A DNA stretch of 64,000 nucleotides from Styela clava (lineage: Eukaryota): NCBI RefSeq assembly GCF_964204865.1, contig NC_135263.1, forward strand, positions 11,284,001-11,348,000, read 5' to 3'. A program made the translations under genes and the position numbers. Each line of letters opens with the position of its first letter. Position 1 is the first letter of the stretch. A model generated the notes under the pieces. The model ran no database searches. It was given only the letters and a program-made list of their open reading frames with translations, and was not told the origin of the DNA. Shown piece after piece: positions 1 through 12,600 of the stretch.

Positions 1-154
1 TGCAAAATCATTTATCTTCATCAATTAGAATTACAGCTTTTGCAACCTATGCAGACGCCATGATTCAATTACTGCAATAGGTTAGTTTGAATAACTGATA
101 TATTTATCCTCTCCTGCATCTTCGATTATTGGACACGAAATGGACCTATGTACT

Positions 155-232
155 TATTGTTGTTGTTGTTATTGTGAAAAATTCGTTTATGTTATCAACT
201 ACTGGGCCATTTGCTTTGATTGTTGTTGTTGT
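155..232. repeat. Two short (TTG)n tracts
   Basis: ttgttgttgttgtt runs at about 157-170 and 220-232. Confidence 0.5.
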
Positions 233-634
233 CACTAGAAGGCTATTACTTTTGTTTATTCATATAAATCATTGCTTATTCCTTTAAATAATTCTGTGGG
301 CTCTATAGGATTCGTTTTTCACTTTGAAGTTTTGTGTGATGACATCATCAAGAATAAAATTGCACACCATGTGGCGGTGGCGAATTTCAGCGATCTGGTG
401 TCCAACATACCGGACTGCCAGATACTGCTTTCTTGTTTTTCATATAAATTTTGACTATTGTCCCATCTGCATTGTTAATATGACGAAATCAATGGGAAGT
501 TGCAGCAAATCGAATTGATCGCTTGTTATCTATAGCCCACATTTAAATAAACTGGATCAAAACAGAAGTATTCTTGCTTTTAAAACCTCTTACACCATTA
601 TGGATGTCTTAATTGGGCAACAAATATTACTCAC

Positions 635-3600
635 TTTCGTGCTATACACTAAGAATTGCTTAACACTTTCACCACTTCCAGATGCTTCGTCCATAGAGTA
701 CGATTCGCCCAGATTTTCAGTTTTGAGCAATCTGTCAATATCGTCATTCAATGCATCCATATAATCGTCTTGTTCATCCATGTTTGTCTGAAATACAAAA
801 TCTTCAATTTCAGATGTGGTAATTGGGTGGTGATCCTTTTTCATTTCTTCATGTAAATTCCGATTTAACATATTCTGAGAAATTGATATATTGAGAGATC
901 TTTTTTCAGACAAAATGGCAAATTTAAATAAATCTAAGTTAAAAAAATATTCAATCTCATAATAGAGTTGCACATTTGCAACCTTGATTAATGTATTAAA
1001 GACAGGTTTTCATTATTTCCTGCAGTATAACAATTATTCTCTGTAGTTCTTTATTACTACGGTACCATAATACTTGTTTATGGGCGCATTATAAACTACT
1101 TGGACTGTACAAAAGCGAAAGTGCGCATAACATTAGATGAGGATCCATAGAATAAACATTGAATAACTAAAATATATTTATGCAAAGTGTTGAGGGAAGA
1201 AAAAATATGCGAAGGATGGAAATAAACGAACAAAGTTGGAAACCACTGTATCAAGGGTAATTGTACCAAACTTAGCATATGTCATGGATTACAAGGTACA
1301 TATACTAGAACTGGTACATAACTTTACTCCGAGACCCACAGAAATATATCTTTTTAAATTTTGATTAACAAAATCTGTTGACTTGATAACCATTGAAGGC
1401 AAATTACCCTGAACGCCATGGATTTCTTTCCATATTTATCCAATTTGTTCAATGCAATGTGTCCAACTGATACGTTTGCCAACTGTCTGGTCGCTGATAT
1501 AAGTTCTTGTGTCATTGGTTCTACCAGATCCAGGAGGAAGTGAGTGCATTCGTCACAAGCTAAATAGAAAGAAGAAAAACAATAAAACAACTTTCAATGA
1601 GCAACTAGCTACTCCCAAATAAGAAATAGGCTCACTTTAATATATATATTTCTATTACTTTAAATAGTTGAGTAAATGAAAGTTTGTCGAAAATGTATCA
1701 AATATAGATAAATTATTGTCCTATCAGCAAAATTGTACATGTATACACTAGAAACGGACAATTCTAACTTGGATAATTCCGAAAAAATCCACAAATAGAA
1801 ATGTTGCACCCATACATTTGCACCCGCAGATTGCAGCACATTATTAGATGGACATTTGCACCCACGAACATTTGCATCCGCGGACATTAATTTTTGTATT
1901 TATCAAGTCAAAATAAATGTAAACTGGAAGTCTATCTAAAATCGACATGTTTTCAAAACATATAAATAAATACATACGTTCACATTCCTCTTGTCCACGT
2001 GGTAATACGTAACGTTCTAGTTTGCATTGGTCGCAGTAAGGTCCCATTACTCCAGGAGGACATTTACATTCGCCCGTGATAGGATTGCATTCTCCATCGT
2101 TGAAGCAATTGCAAGCTAATGAAGAGTTAATATAATTGTAAAGTATATTGGCAAACGAGTCAGAATCGTTACTTTTCACATTAAGATGTGGAAAATCCTC
2201 CCGCAAACCTTCTCTAACTGAATTTCACTCTATTACGCGTGTTACACAATTCATGTACGCCTATATTTAAAGCATTTACAGTGTTATAGAAGGTATCTAT
2301 AACATTTATTTTATATTTACATACATATACAAAGTATTTTATAAATCTAAAATACCGGACTCATTTCTTACATTTGCAGCCAATTTCCGAGTAATCCCAA
2401 TGTCCATGTTCACATTTTTCACATTTTAGTCCAACAACATTGGGAGCACATTCACACTGTCCCGTTGCTATATCACAGGCAGATGTTTTGGCGCCAATTT
2501 CACAATGGCAAAGCTGGCAACCGACACAAGAATTCAAGTTGTAGTAACCTGTAAGTTATAGCAACAGGTTTAGTCGCCGTAATTGAAAAATCAATGTACA
2601 GAAAGTATGAGAGTACTGGAATGCGACCGTTGTTGAATACAAGCAATTCAACAGCCATACATATTATACGGTTTCCATATTCATCTTGGTGAGAGAAAAG
2701 CCTATAAAACGACCTAATGGGGTAGCGACGCACGGCTTTCGTTCCACTATAGGCCGAATATATGGGCTATGATGACGGAAAAACCCGTAACATACCAGCG
2801 GGATTCGAACTTTCTAACCCATACATGGTAAAAACGGTGCAATGACAATAGTGTTGTGAAAGATTAGCACGATGCGCCAACCGCCCAGTGCTATTATCCT
2901 AATTTTTTATTTTTGCTGAATTTTTAAATTTCATATTCCAATGACGAATAAATACCAATTCAAACAAGTTAAAATAATTTGGTCACGCTCCTAAATCCAG
3001 ACCTACATTGAATCACATATCTACAAACTCAGCACGTACCCTCTTCACATAATTCACAATGCCAACCAATGACATGTTTCTTGCAATCGCAATCTCCGTA
3101 TACATGATCACATTGCAAAGCTCCGCATTCGTTACATGGACACTTGGTGCAGTTTCTTGCTTCAACTGCATCACCGTAATAACCGTCTGCACACCTTTCA
3201 CAATATTTTCCTCCCGTATTAAACTTACAATCTGAACATTCTCCTGTGAAAAGAATAAACAGTAAAATGCTGGTTATCTTTAAGAAACTAGATTTTTACC
3301 AAGCCTATCTACATTTTTTGGACAAAAAAATATTTGGGTGTTTCAAATGTACCATAATGCTCGTACATCAAGCATATTTCAATTCCAAATTCATCAATAT
3401 GTGCCAATCAGCGCTAAAGAGCCACATTTTTTTTGTTATTATTGATATTTGTAGAAAGTTAATAAAAAGCATTAAATTGGCGAAGTAATCCATACCGACA
3501 GTTAAAAAAATGCTATAGTACTAATGCAAGTTGTTATGTCACATTTTTTGTTGTCAACCAAATCTTTTGACCTCTATACTCACAAATTACTTGCTCTTTT

Positions 3601-6600
3601 TCATTTTAAAAGGAAATTACGCTCCTTCGAACAAGAATAAAACTTCCAGTAAAATGATGGTGCGATCACGGTTAATTCAAACAAATACAAAATGAAAACA
3701 CTTCCGATAATAGGTATACCGTATCCCATACTTCAAAACTGGTCGTGGCACCCACGCGACCCTGAAAACCCAAAAATAAACGAAAAACTTGCAAATTAGG
3801 TCATACGTACCTGTCTCAGTGTTGCACGTCTCCATATCGTCGCCAATATCTAGATTGTTGTGGCAATTGCACGTCTGGCATTTACCTCCAATGACGTGTG
3901 GGTTTCCGAAGTATCCGGTACTACAATACTCACATCTGTCTCCTGTGTATCCTGGCTCGCAATTGCAAACTAAACCATCTGAATGATAAAAAGACAATTT
4001 ACACGTGAGAACCTTGATAATATTAATCTTTCATCTTGAAGTACAGCAAGTCATTTTGATTCATATTAAAATGAAAATTTGGACGAAAATGAAATATTGA
4101 ACAGGTATTTCTTCATAAAAAATATTGTATTTATATTTCAAATGCACGCCCCATAAAACAACACAATTCTATGTATGTAATGTTCTGAGAATGTTTTATT
4201 TAAGACGACATTTGAAACTGGATTCTCAATGTACACGATTTCTCGTAAGAAGGCCGCAAGACATTTATTCGGTCTGTGATGCTGGGAATCACCAATATCG
4301 CGCTAGGACTAGCCTTATTCGATATTTATTGTTGTCACATAGACTCTGGTAAATACTGGTATACGTCAGGCTTTGAATTACAGCAAGTCAATACTAATAC
4401 TAATAGAGAAACAATCTGAGAGCATTGCAAATTACCTTGTAGAAGCTACTAACTGGGAAAATTTGTATTTGATATCTATCAAAATATCATGGTTAAACTT
4501 GGAGTAACTTTTCAATGTCAATTAATAGAATTTTCATTTTTAAAATCTATAGAGTACTAAACTGACTTTCGAGTCTTACTTGCATTTCACACAACTTGCA
4601 TTATATATAAGTAGATAGTGTTCAGTATTGGAATATCGTAACGGTTGAGGTACGATAATAGATCCTGCCAACTAAGATCTTGCGCAAGCCAACTCAAAGT
4701 TAGGCTGGGTGCGAAATATCTTTTTCGAACCCTAGTACACTACAATATGTAAATATGAACCCATTGTTGTAACTCACCTTCATCAAATTCGCAAGTTTTT
4801 GCAAAATTTCCCGTTTCGGTTGGATATGGACATGGACAAATTCTGCATGCGTCGGGATGACGACTCATAGGATTACCATAATATCCATCCCGACATTGCT
4901 CGCATTTGTCTCCAATCTGAAAAGAGATACATAATTGATTGAAAGTATTTGAAACGGTTTATCGATCAAATAACAAACACACTTTTATAATCTTAAAGTA
5001 TGGGATATGTTATCTACTTTCCTGGTTGTTAAACCAATGTTGTTTATTACGAAAACCTGTTGTACTGCATACCCTTCTTACAGAAAGTAGGCGCCAGAAA
5101 CCTCTGGCTTTACAGACCATTATCATTTAAGTTTAGTGGAAATATTCAAATTAAGCCACGTGATACCTAATACCACCGTTGCAATTGAAATGGTATAACT
5201 TTAAAAAATGGCAGCATAAGTTTTGCAAACATTTTAATTGTTTTGAAGTGCTCAGAATTTTCAATTGTTTTTTGTTTCAATTGATCCAAAATCAATCATC
5301 AAATAGCAAAAACCCAAATAGAATTTCATTAATTGTGTGATACAGAAGTTTCTCATTGTCAACATTTTCCCAAATAATAACAGTGAAGCAAGCCTTTAAT
5401 TTACCAAGTGAAAGCGTTTAATGATACCGTATTATGAAGGCAATCCTCTCTATCAATGAGTCCACCCTTGTCATCACATTTATCACAATGACCAAAACAA
5501 TCACATTCTGCACAATATCCTAAGTAAGGTCCTCTCGCTTCTCTGTAATGACCACGGGCACAAAGCTGACAAGATTCACCAATGTATCCTGGGAAGCGTC
5601 AGACACAAAATTTGAACAAGATTAAAAATAACATGAGCAAGTAAATACCGGTTATAAAGATGGGGAATAAAGGAAACAATTTAAGCAACAAAAATCTTTT
5701 GTATTCAGTAAAAATAAGGCAGCTTTTATGGATGCAAAACGATACCGCTTTTTCTCAATGAGACAGTTTTTACATTCAAAAGGCGGTTAACTCGATATAA
5801 ATGACAAATAGAAGACAATTCCACTTGACTTTGGTTCAAGCTATTTATATGCAAGATTAACTAGCTTCGAATTCTTAGAGTTGATAACTTTATTCAACTA
5901 TTTCCAAGTACACGATTTCACCAATGTTTTCTGATTTATAAAACGACTCACATACCAGGAGGACATTGACATTCTTCCACAGTAAGTATCGTAGGTGCAG
6001 AATTCAAAAGTGCATTGTAATCCGTGGTCGTCATACTAACATCAGATATGCTGACACTAACAGCTTGCAGATCGTCAGTAGCATGAATACGTAGTGACGA
6101 TAAAGGACTGAGTACCATCATCATTTCTTCGCGAGTTACTTGGTTGCCTGATTAAATTTACAATTTTTTTTTTGATATTTTGTAAGTAAAAATAAACTGA
6201 TATACGGTACTGTATTACTGTTAACTCATTGAATTTATGAGATGTTTCAAAACCATCACTCTAAATAAGGCGCTGGACAATAATATTTCCTTCTATGCTA
6301 AGGTGAACAATAACTTGTCGTTCATTCGGTATGAAGGTCAGTCTATATTGAACCTTACCTGTACTTTGATGAACAAAATTATTTTCAGTTAGAAGTACGG
6401 AAACTTTTCCTTCATATTCATGTTTAATAAGCCTGATAAGCATTCCATTCCCCTGTAAAAATCAAACGACAGCGGTGAAATTCCTGGTGCATGGTATCAT
6501 TTTTGACTAAGCTAGAAGGAGACATTTTAATCCAAATAATAAAAGATATTGGCTAAGAAAAACTCATTATAACTCAATTCCTGACGACTAGAGGAGATAT

Positions 6601-9600
6601 TAAGTAAAATGAAAATGGGAAACAGTAATGTAAACGTAGTATTGTTCACGATAAGGTTGAAATAAATTCAAGGCATAAAACATAATGCATACTTAATATT
6701 AATATATTTGAATTCAAATGAAATAATACCGCTACCAAAAAATATTAGTAAGATTTGTTATGTTGTAGTCTAACGGGGATTGAGTTTATAGGATATTATT
6801 GTCCGATGGAGAGAAAAAAATTGTACGCACTCGGCAAAATCGAAGTTGGGTATTTCTAAGAGTGCTTTTCGAAACAAAATGTATTTTTTATTAAATCTGG
6901 TATTGCGTTAAAATATCTATTTATGAAAGAGTGGGGTTCTATTCAATTCATTCATCGCAATGCCATTGTTTTTGAATCCTTATCATCCAATTTTAAATTG
7001 GATAGTATTAAATAGTAGTAACACTTCTTTTTTAATTAAATATATTATATTCCATCGTTTTACTTCCTATTTTAGATTACATCAAACGACGTAACATAAT
7101 ATAAGCAGAGGCTATTAATGTTTCAAATAACGCCACAAAAAATAAAAATAAAATACCTCTAATACGACACTTGGTGGCCCCGCGAGCAGCGGTGCTGGGT
7201 TATCCGCAGGCGACGGAACGTAACTAGAGCTTCCAGCATCGCCTCGTCCGCCCCGTCTAGATTCCGTTACGTAGAGCAAAGTTCCCCCATAAGAACCAAC
7301 TTTATCTCCTAGATACTGAACCGGTGCAAACCAGTACAAACTGGGTCTGGTCGAGTCTTTTATACCGCCGTTTGCTTCAATATCAACAGTTGCGGTTTGG
7401 CCTTCAACGAGTACTTCTGGAAAGTCCCTATTATGATGATAAATGATTTTTAGCTCTTGAAAAATCGAATAACGTCGACTGTCCTTTTAATAGCAATTGT
7501 AATAATGTAATGATTAGTATTTGATTGTGTGTTCAAGCTTTTCTCTCTATACTAAAATACTTAAATATAGAGAGCTGCTAGATGGAGGCCCTTTCCTATC
7601 CTTTGCAATGATTGGTGCACTCCCGGAGATGGAATAGACTTGAGTATATTTGCTATAGGATAGTTGGGATTCGATCCTAGAATCTATTATCTGGGAAACC
7701 AACCAAAGTATAAGCTGCAGCGTATGGGAATACTCCAGATCTTTGTAACTATAAGCTATGCAATGTAAATTGTATTGAGTTATTTATATACACTAATAAC
7801 TTCGCACAAGAAATTTTCAAAATATTGCCAAATCAAATTACAGATGGATAAAAAGCAAATTTCAATAATATATATATTATATCCATTCACTAAACTTACA
7901 AATGCTGCCTGCAATTATATAACCAACAAAAGCAGTAGAAATCTCATACCGGCGAATACAAAAATACAAAATTAACTTGCTTACGTTTTCAAATGAAGTA
8001 AAGTCCAGCCATTCATTTCGATAATTTCCGTTTCAGGGTACAAAGTGCCTGAACATTCGTCAGATGCGCCAAAGCAAAAACATTTAGTGCAGCCCAATGG
8101 ATTCGCGAAATCCATGTGGAAAGTACCCTGGTACAAAAAATGAACTTTTTCGATTAAATTTAAAGTGATGTTATAAAGTAAATAGCAAATAACTTAGACT
8201 ATTATGGCCGAAAAGGGTCTGTGTTTTAGAGTTTTTGAAAATGTTTAAATATGCAATGTCGTCAGTGACATTAACTAGAGGTCCGTACCGACGTAATCCC
8301 TAAAGACGGCAGTTGCGACGTCACAGTTTGAATTTATGATACAATGAAGATTACACATCCAAAATATGGTAATGATTGTTACAATAGTATGTTTGCTACT
8401 GATGTGTCTCTTATATTTTCTAATAATATTTCAATATGGCTTGATATCAAATTGTGGTCAAATAACCAATCACTCACCGATTTACATCTGTCACATTGTT
8501 GTCCTTCTACATTATCTTTACATAAACATTGTCCATTGACATGATTGCATACCTGTGAAACACTCCCGCGTGGATCACATTCGCAAGGTACACAATCAGG
8601 GAAAGCAAAAAATCCAGGTTTACATTTATCGCACCTAAAAAAAATATTGAGCTAAACTAAATATATTATACAGTAATTTTGAAGTATTTTTGATTTAGAT
8701 CCCAGAACAATGTCCAATTACTGTTTATTTCATTCTAGGAAAATTGCCTAAATCAGCCTCTTGCATAAAAAAGCACGTGTAACACATTTGAAATTGATGA
8801 TGATAAACCACTCAGTACAAAATAAAACAAATTTCAACGAGGGAATGCAAGCCCAAAAGCATCTACAACTTTCATTTAGGTATGTAGTTACCAACATAAC
8901 TCTCAATATTTGTAATAACAGTCTAAGGTAACCTCGGAATAGGATTGTGATTCTTAGCACGTCTTGACTGTTAACCAGACAAAATTTTTATGGATAATTG
9001 GTGATATTGTACAGATGAAGTGTTCGGCACTACTTGTCGAAAATATTAAAATAATTTTATTTTAACGACCGAATGTGCACTGGTAAATGGCGTTCAATAA
9101 CTGATCTTGCTGTGGGATTACGACTTCATATAACCCGATCGAAAACTCGCTCTTATATTCTCAAAATTCTGGTCACCAGCAGTCAAACTTTTTAAGTTTT
9201 TCCACATTTCGTTGGTGTTTACTGAGTGAGAGTAAATATGTGGCTTATTTACATTTTTGGAAAAAAAATAATTTGACAAACATAGAGTACTATCTTAGAC
9301 AACGGTTACCAGTCAAAACTAATGACAACCGTTGAATAATTCCAATCGGTTAACCAATTATACTTAGGAACAATCCATTTGTTTTCACTATATACTACAA
9401 CTATTTCGATCAGGTAATAAGACGCGAATATAATCATACATATGTCCTTCCACATTTTCTTTGCATCGACATTGTCCATTCTCTTCACTACATCCAAGAT
9501 CTTTAGCATCTTCCACTCCTTTTCTATTACAATCACAAGCAAGACATCCAGCAAGAGGATGAAAGGAATGAGTAAAAGGCAGACAACGATCACATGATGG

Positions 9601-12600
9601 CATATCGGTATTTGGTGGACATATACAATTACCGTTCAACTGAAATTCAAAATATATATCAATGCCTAAATACAAAAGTTGCTAGCTAAAAGGCTTGTTC
9701 GAAATGGAGGTTGAAATGGAAATATAATTTTGCAATATTGTATGTATGTTACGTGTTTATGTCTAGGATTATTCCAGCATTATTTCTGGTGAAATACAAG
9801 GCAAATGCACAGGGTAATTTTAAACGTATTGAAAACACAACACAATTTTATACAACTGTCCGCTCGTGTTTTTTAACACTGCTATTATACTCGAAAATTA
9901 AAATACCTTGATGGACAAAATTTTGTATGAACGTTATCCCCATTTCAATACTTAGCTTACCTCGTCGCAAAGCTGGCCAGTACAATTGCAAGGTTTGCAG
10001 TCAGGATAACCATAATACCCAATGTTACAACTCTCACAACGGTTTCCTATTACACCAGGTTTACATGGGCATTGACCGCCATATTCCTGTCAAATTTAAT
10101 AGAATTGATTTTAGTAGGATGCAAACTGAAACTTTTAGTTTGTAAGATTTGTAGTTTTTTTTTTTTGTTAAATAATTTATAGGCAGGGGCGGACCCGAGG
10201 AAGATCCACAGAGGCAGCTGCCCCGGGTAACACGTTGTAGGGGGCAGCAGATCCAAGCTGTAGAGTTGTTCGTTAATCTACATGTTTTAATCGATTTGTT
10301 TCATTTTAAGTAAAAACAACAAATCTATAATTTGTTTATCCTCCGAGTTATTTAAGTTCGGTATAGGGGCATCCTTATTATTCTTATCCCTATCAAACTC
10401 GCCTTGGGCAGCAAAAACGTTTGGCACGCCTCAGTTTATAGGTGTATGAAGCACACATGGAAACAACCAAAATTTCATAATACTCGTAAGTGCTGAATAT
10501 CGACTTTACAGTTTGCAATTCACAGTGTTTATTTACAAATAATGGCATATGATGGCTGTTACCAGATAATAAACAGAAAAACGTCATTTTTCAAATGACA
10601 ATGGTAATGTTTTGATTTACTCACTGAGCAATTAGCGTTCCCGTCAATTGTGCCCTCTTTTGAACAATCGCAGTATAAAGCTCCATCGTTAAATTCCATT
10701 GTTAGGGAGAATACAGCAGATCGACAAAATTCAGATGGTGTGTTGGTTAATTCAATCAAACCCTGAAATTGGAAACAAGAAAATTTTAATTGATTTCCAA
10801 GAGTTAATTAAAACAAACAAATTTCGGAAATATCGATAAGTTTTAGATATAATATAGATCAGTAAGGACAAGCTTAAACACTATACAAATAGAACAGTTT
10901 ATATAATAACTGCATAATGAATCCAATACTTCTGAACTGACATATTTACGATTATCTTAGAATGATATATGACAGTTGAAGTCAAATAAATCAAGTCAGC
11001 CTTACATCATTATTCTCCGCATAAACGGCGACCCGGTATTGAGTTTAACATGACTTCTGATCAGAGAATTCAGAGACTGAAGTTAAAAGTTTTCAAAGAG
11101 ACCCCACTTAGATTCAGAGAAGATGATATGGCCCAGACTTTAAAATCAGCCGAAGCAATGTAGGGAGTAAGTACTGACCACAACACTAACGTGCAGATTC
11201 GCGTGATTCATTCATGGCACTGGCTAAATCAGTGAATTTTTTATATATGCACTCACTTTTGCTCCAACTTTGTAACATTCTTCAAAAAACTTTCGAGTAT
11301 TGTCGATTTTCATCAAATCTAGAATTTCTGTGCGATAGGAATCTTCAGGTATAGCAAGAACGTAGTCCAGCCAAAATGATTTACCTATCGAGATGAAAGA
11401 TTGAATCGATATAGACGGACTTATTTGAAAAAATAATAATAATTTGGGCTGTATTTTCAAAGCATCACAAATTGCAAGGAACAAAAACATTGAGCCAACA
11501 AGATGCATAAAATGAGGAAGAACGACAAGAAGAATAGACGGGTATACACACAAACGAACATATATACATAAATACATATATAACATACACACACACATGT
11601 GGTAACAAAACCACATTACAAACAGCGTAATAATTTACTTTGATTCTAGAATAATATTAAGTAAGTTTTGACAACATCTATTCAACAATTTCAAAATTTA
11701 AAACATTTAAAAAAAATGTAGATGCCTCGACCATGCTGTTCGTTCGTTACCTTTCGGTACTTGGATCGTCATCGTTTGAGTTGGATTCATGATATCCAAT
11801 AAAGCAGCACCGGTATCTGAGACGACAACTGCTCTGCAACCATCGCCATCGGGACAAAATGTAGCGTTCGCTGTTCCTTCGTGAGTTATTCCACCAGAAA
11901 TTACAACAGACGGTTGAAAGGAAAGTTGGTGTGGATTGTAGTAGTGTAGAATGAATACGTATCTATCAAATAGTGTGAAAATTGACTTTCGACTCTTCCT
12001 ATAGCCATATACTAGTGGAAAATCTACGACTTTATTTTGGCTTACATTCAAAAGTTACAAACATTCTGAGCCAAATTTCCTAAGTTGAAATTCTATTCCA
12101 ATTTCATTTTCCGAAAAGCACCGTAAAAACACGAAAGTTGCAAGTTATATGAAAATCTTGAAAAGAAAATGGAAGTTGTGGTATACAAGCACCCCTCCCA
12201 AACAGTGTTTAAGAAATGTCTGGTTCGTGTAACTATAACAGTAGTATAGAAAATATTACTCATAAACTAACAATACAAACCTTCCTGGGTCGAGATTCAT
12301 TTCAATCTGAATAGACATGTTGCCAGAAATGAACATGGTATCTATGTTTTCATCTGTAGCTGAAGGAACCTTTATGTCGGATGTATTGCGTGCGCCAGCC
12401 TCAAATTTCCGACCTGTTTCTGGAAGTGGATATGACCATGCAATACACCTGGCATACAAACATGTTAGCAGTCAATGTTTCGTTTGGCTAAATTGTTATT
12501 TTTCACGGGGTTGTCGGTCGTTGTTGTGGAAATTAGCTTTCTCCAAAACTAATGGACCAATTGAAATTGTAACCATGGACTATTAATTCCAGTTTTATCA

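Noticed and set aside
319-466. Minus-strand frame ending FATATWCAILFLMMSSHKTSK*, resembling a GPI or TM tail for gene B
   Set aside because: It needs a phase-2 donor, but the strong donor at 635 is phase 0 and only a weak alternative exists. The hydrophobic run is short.
1801-1887. Short spaced repeats resembling a CRISPR array
   Set aside because: Eukaryotic intron, units of about 15 bp with no unique spacers, and no cas genes.
10181-10435. GC-rich intronic island starting caggggcggaccc
   Set aside because: Probably a decayed MITE, but matching termini could not be defined.
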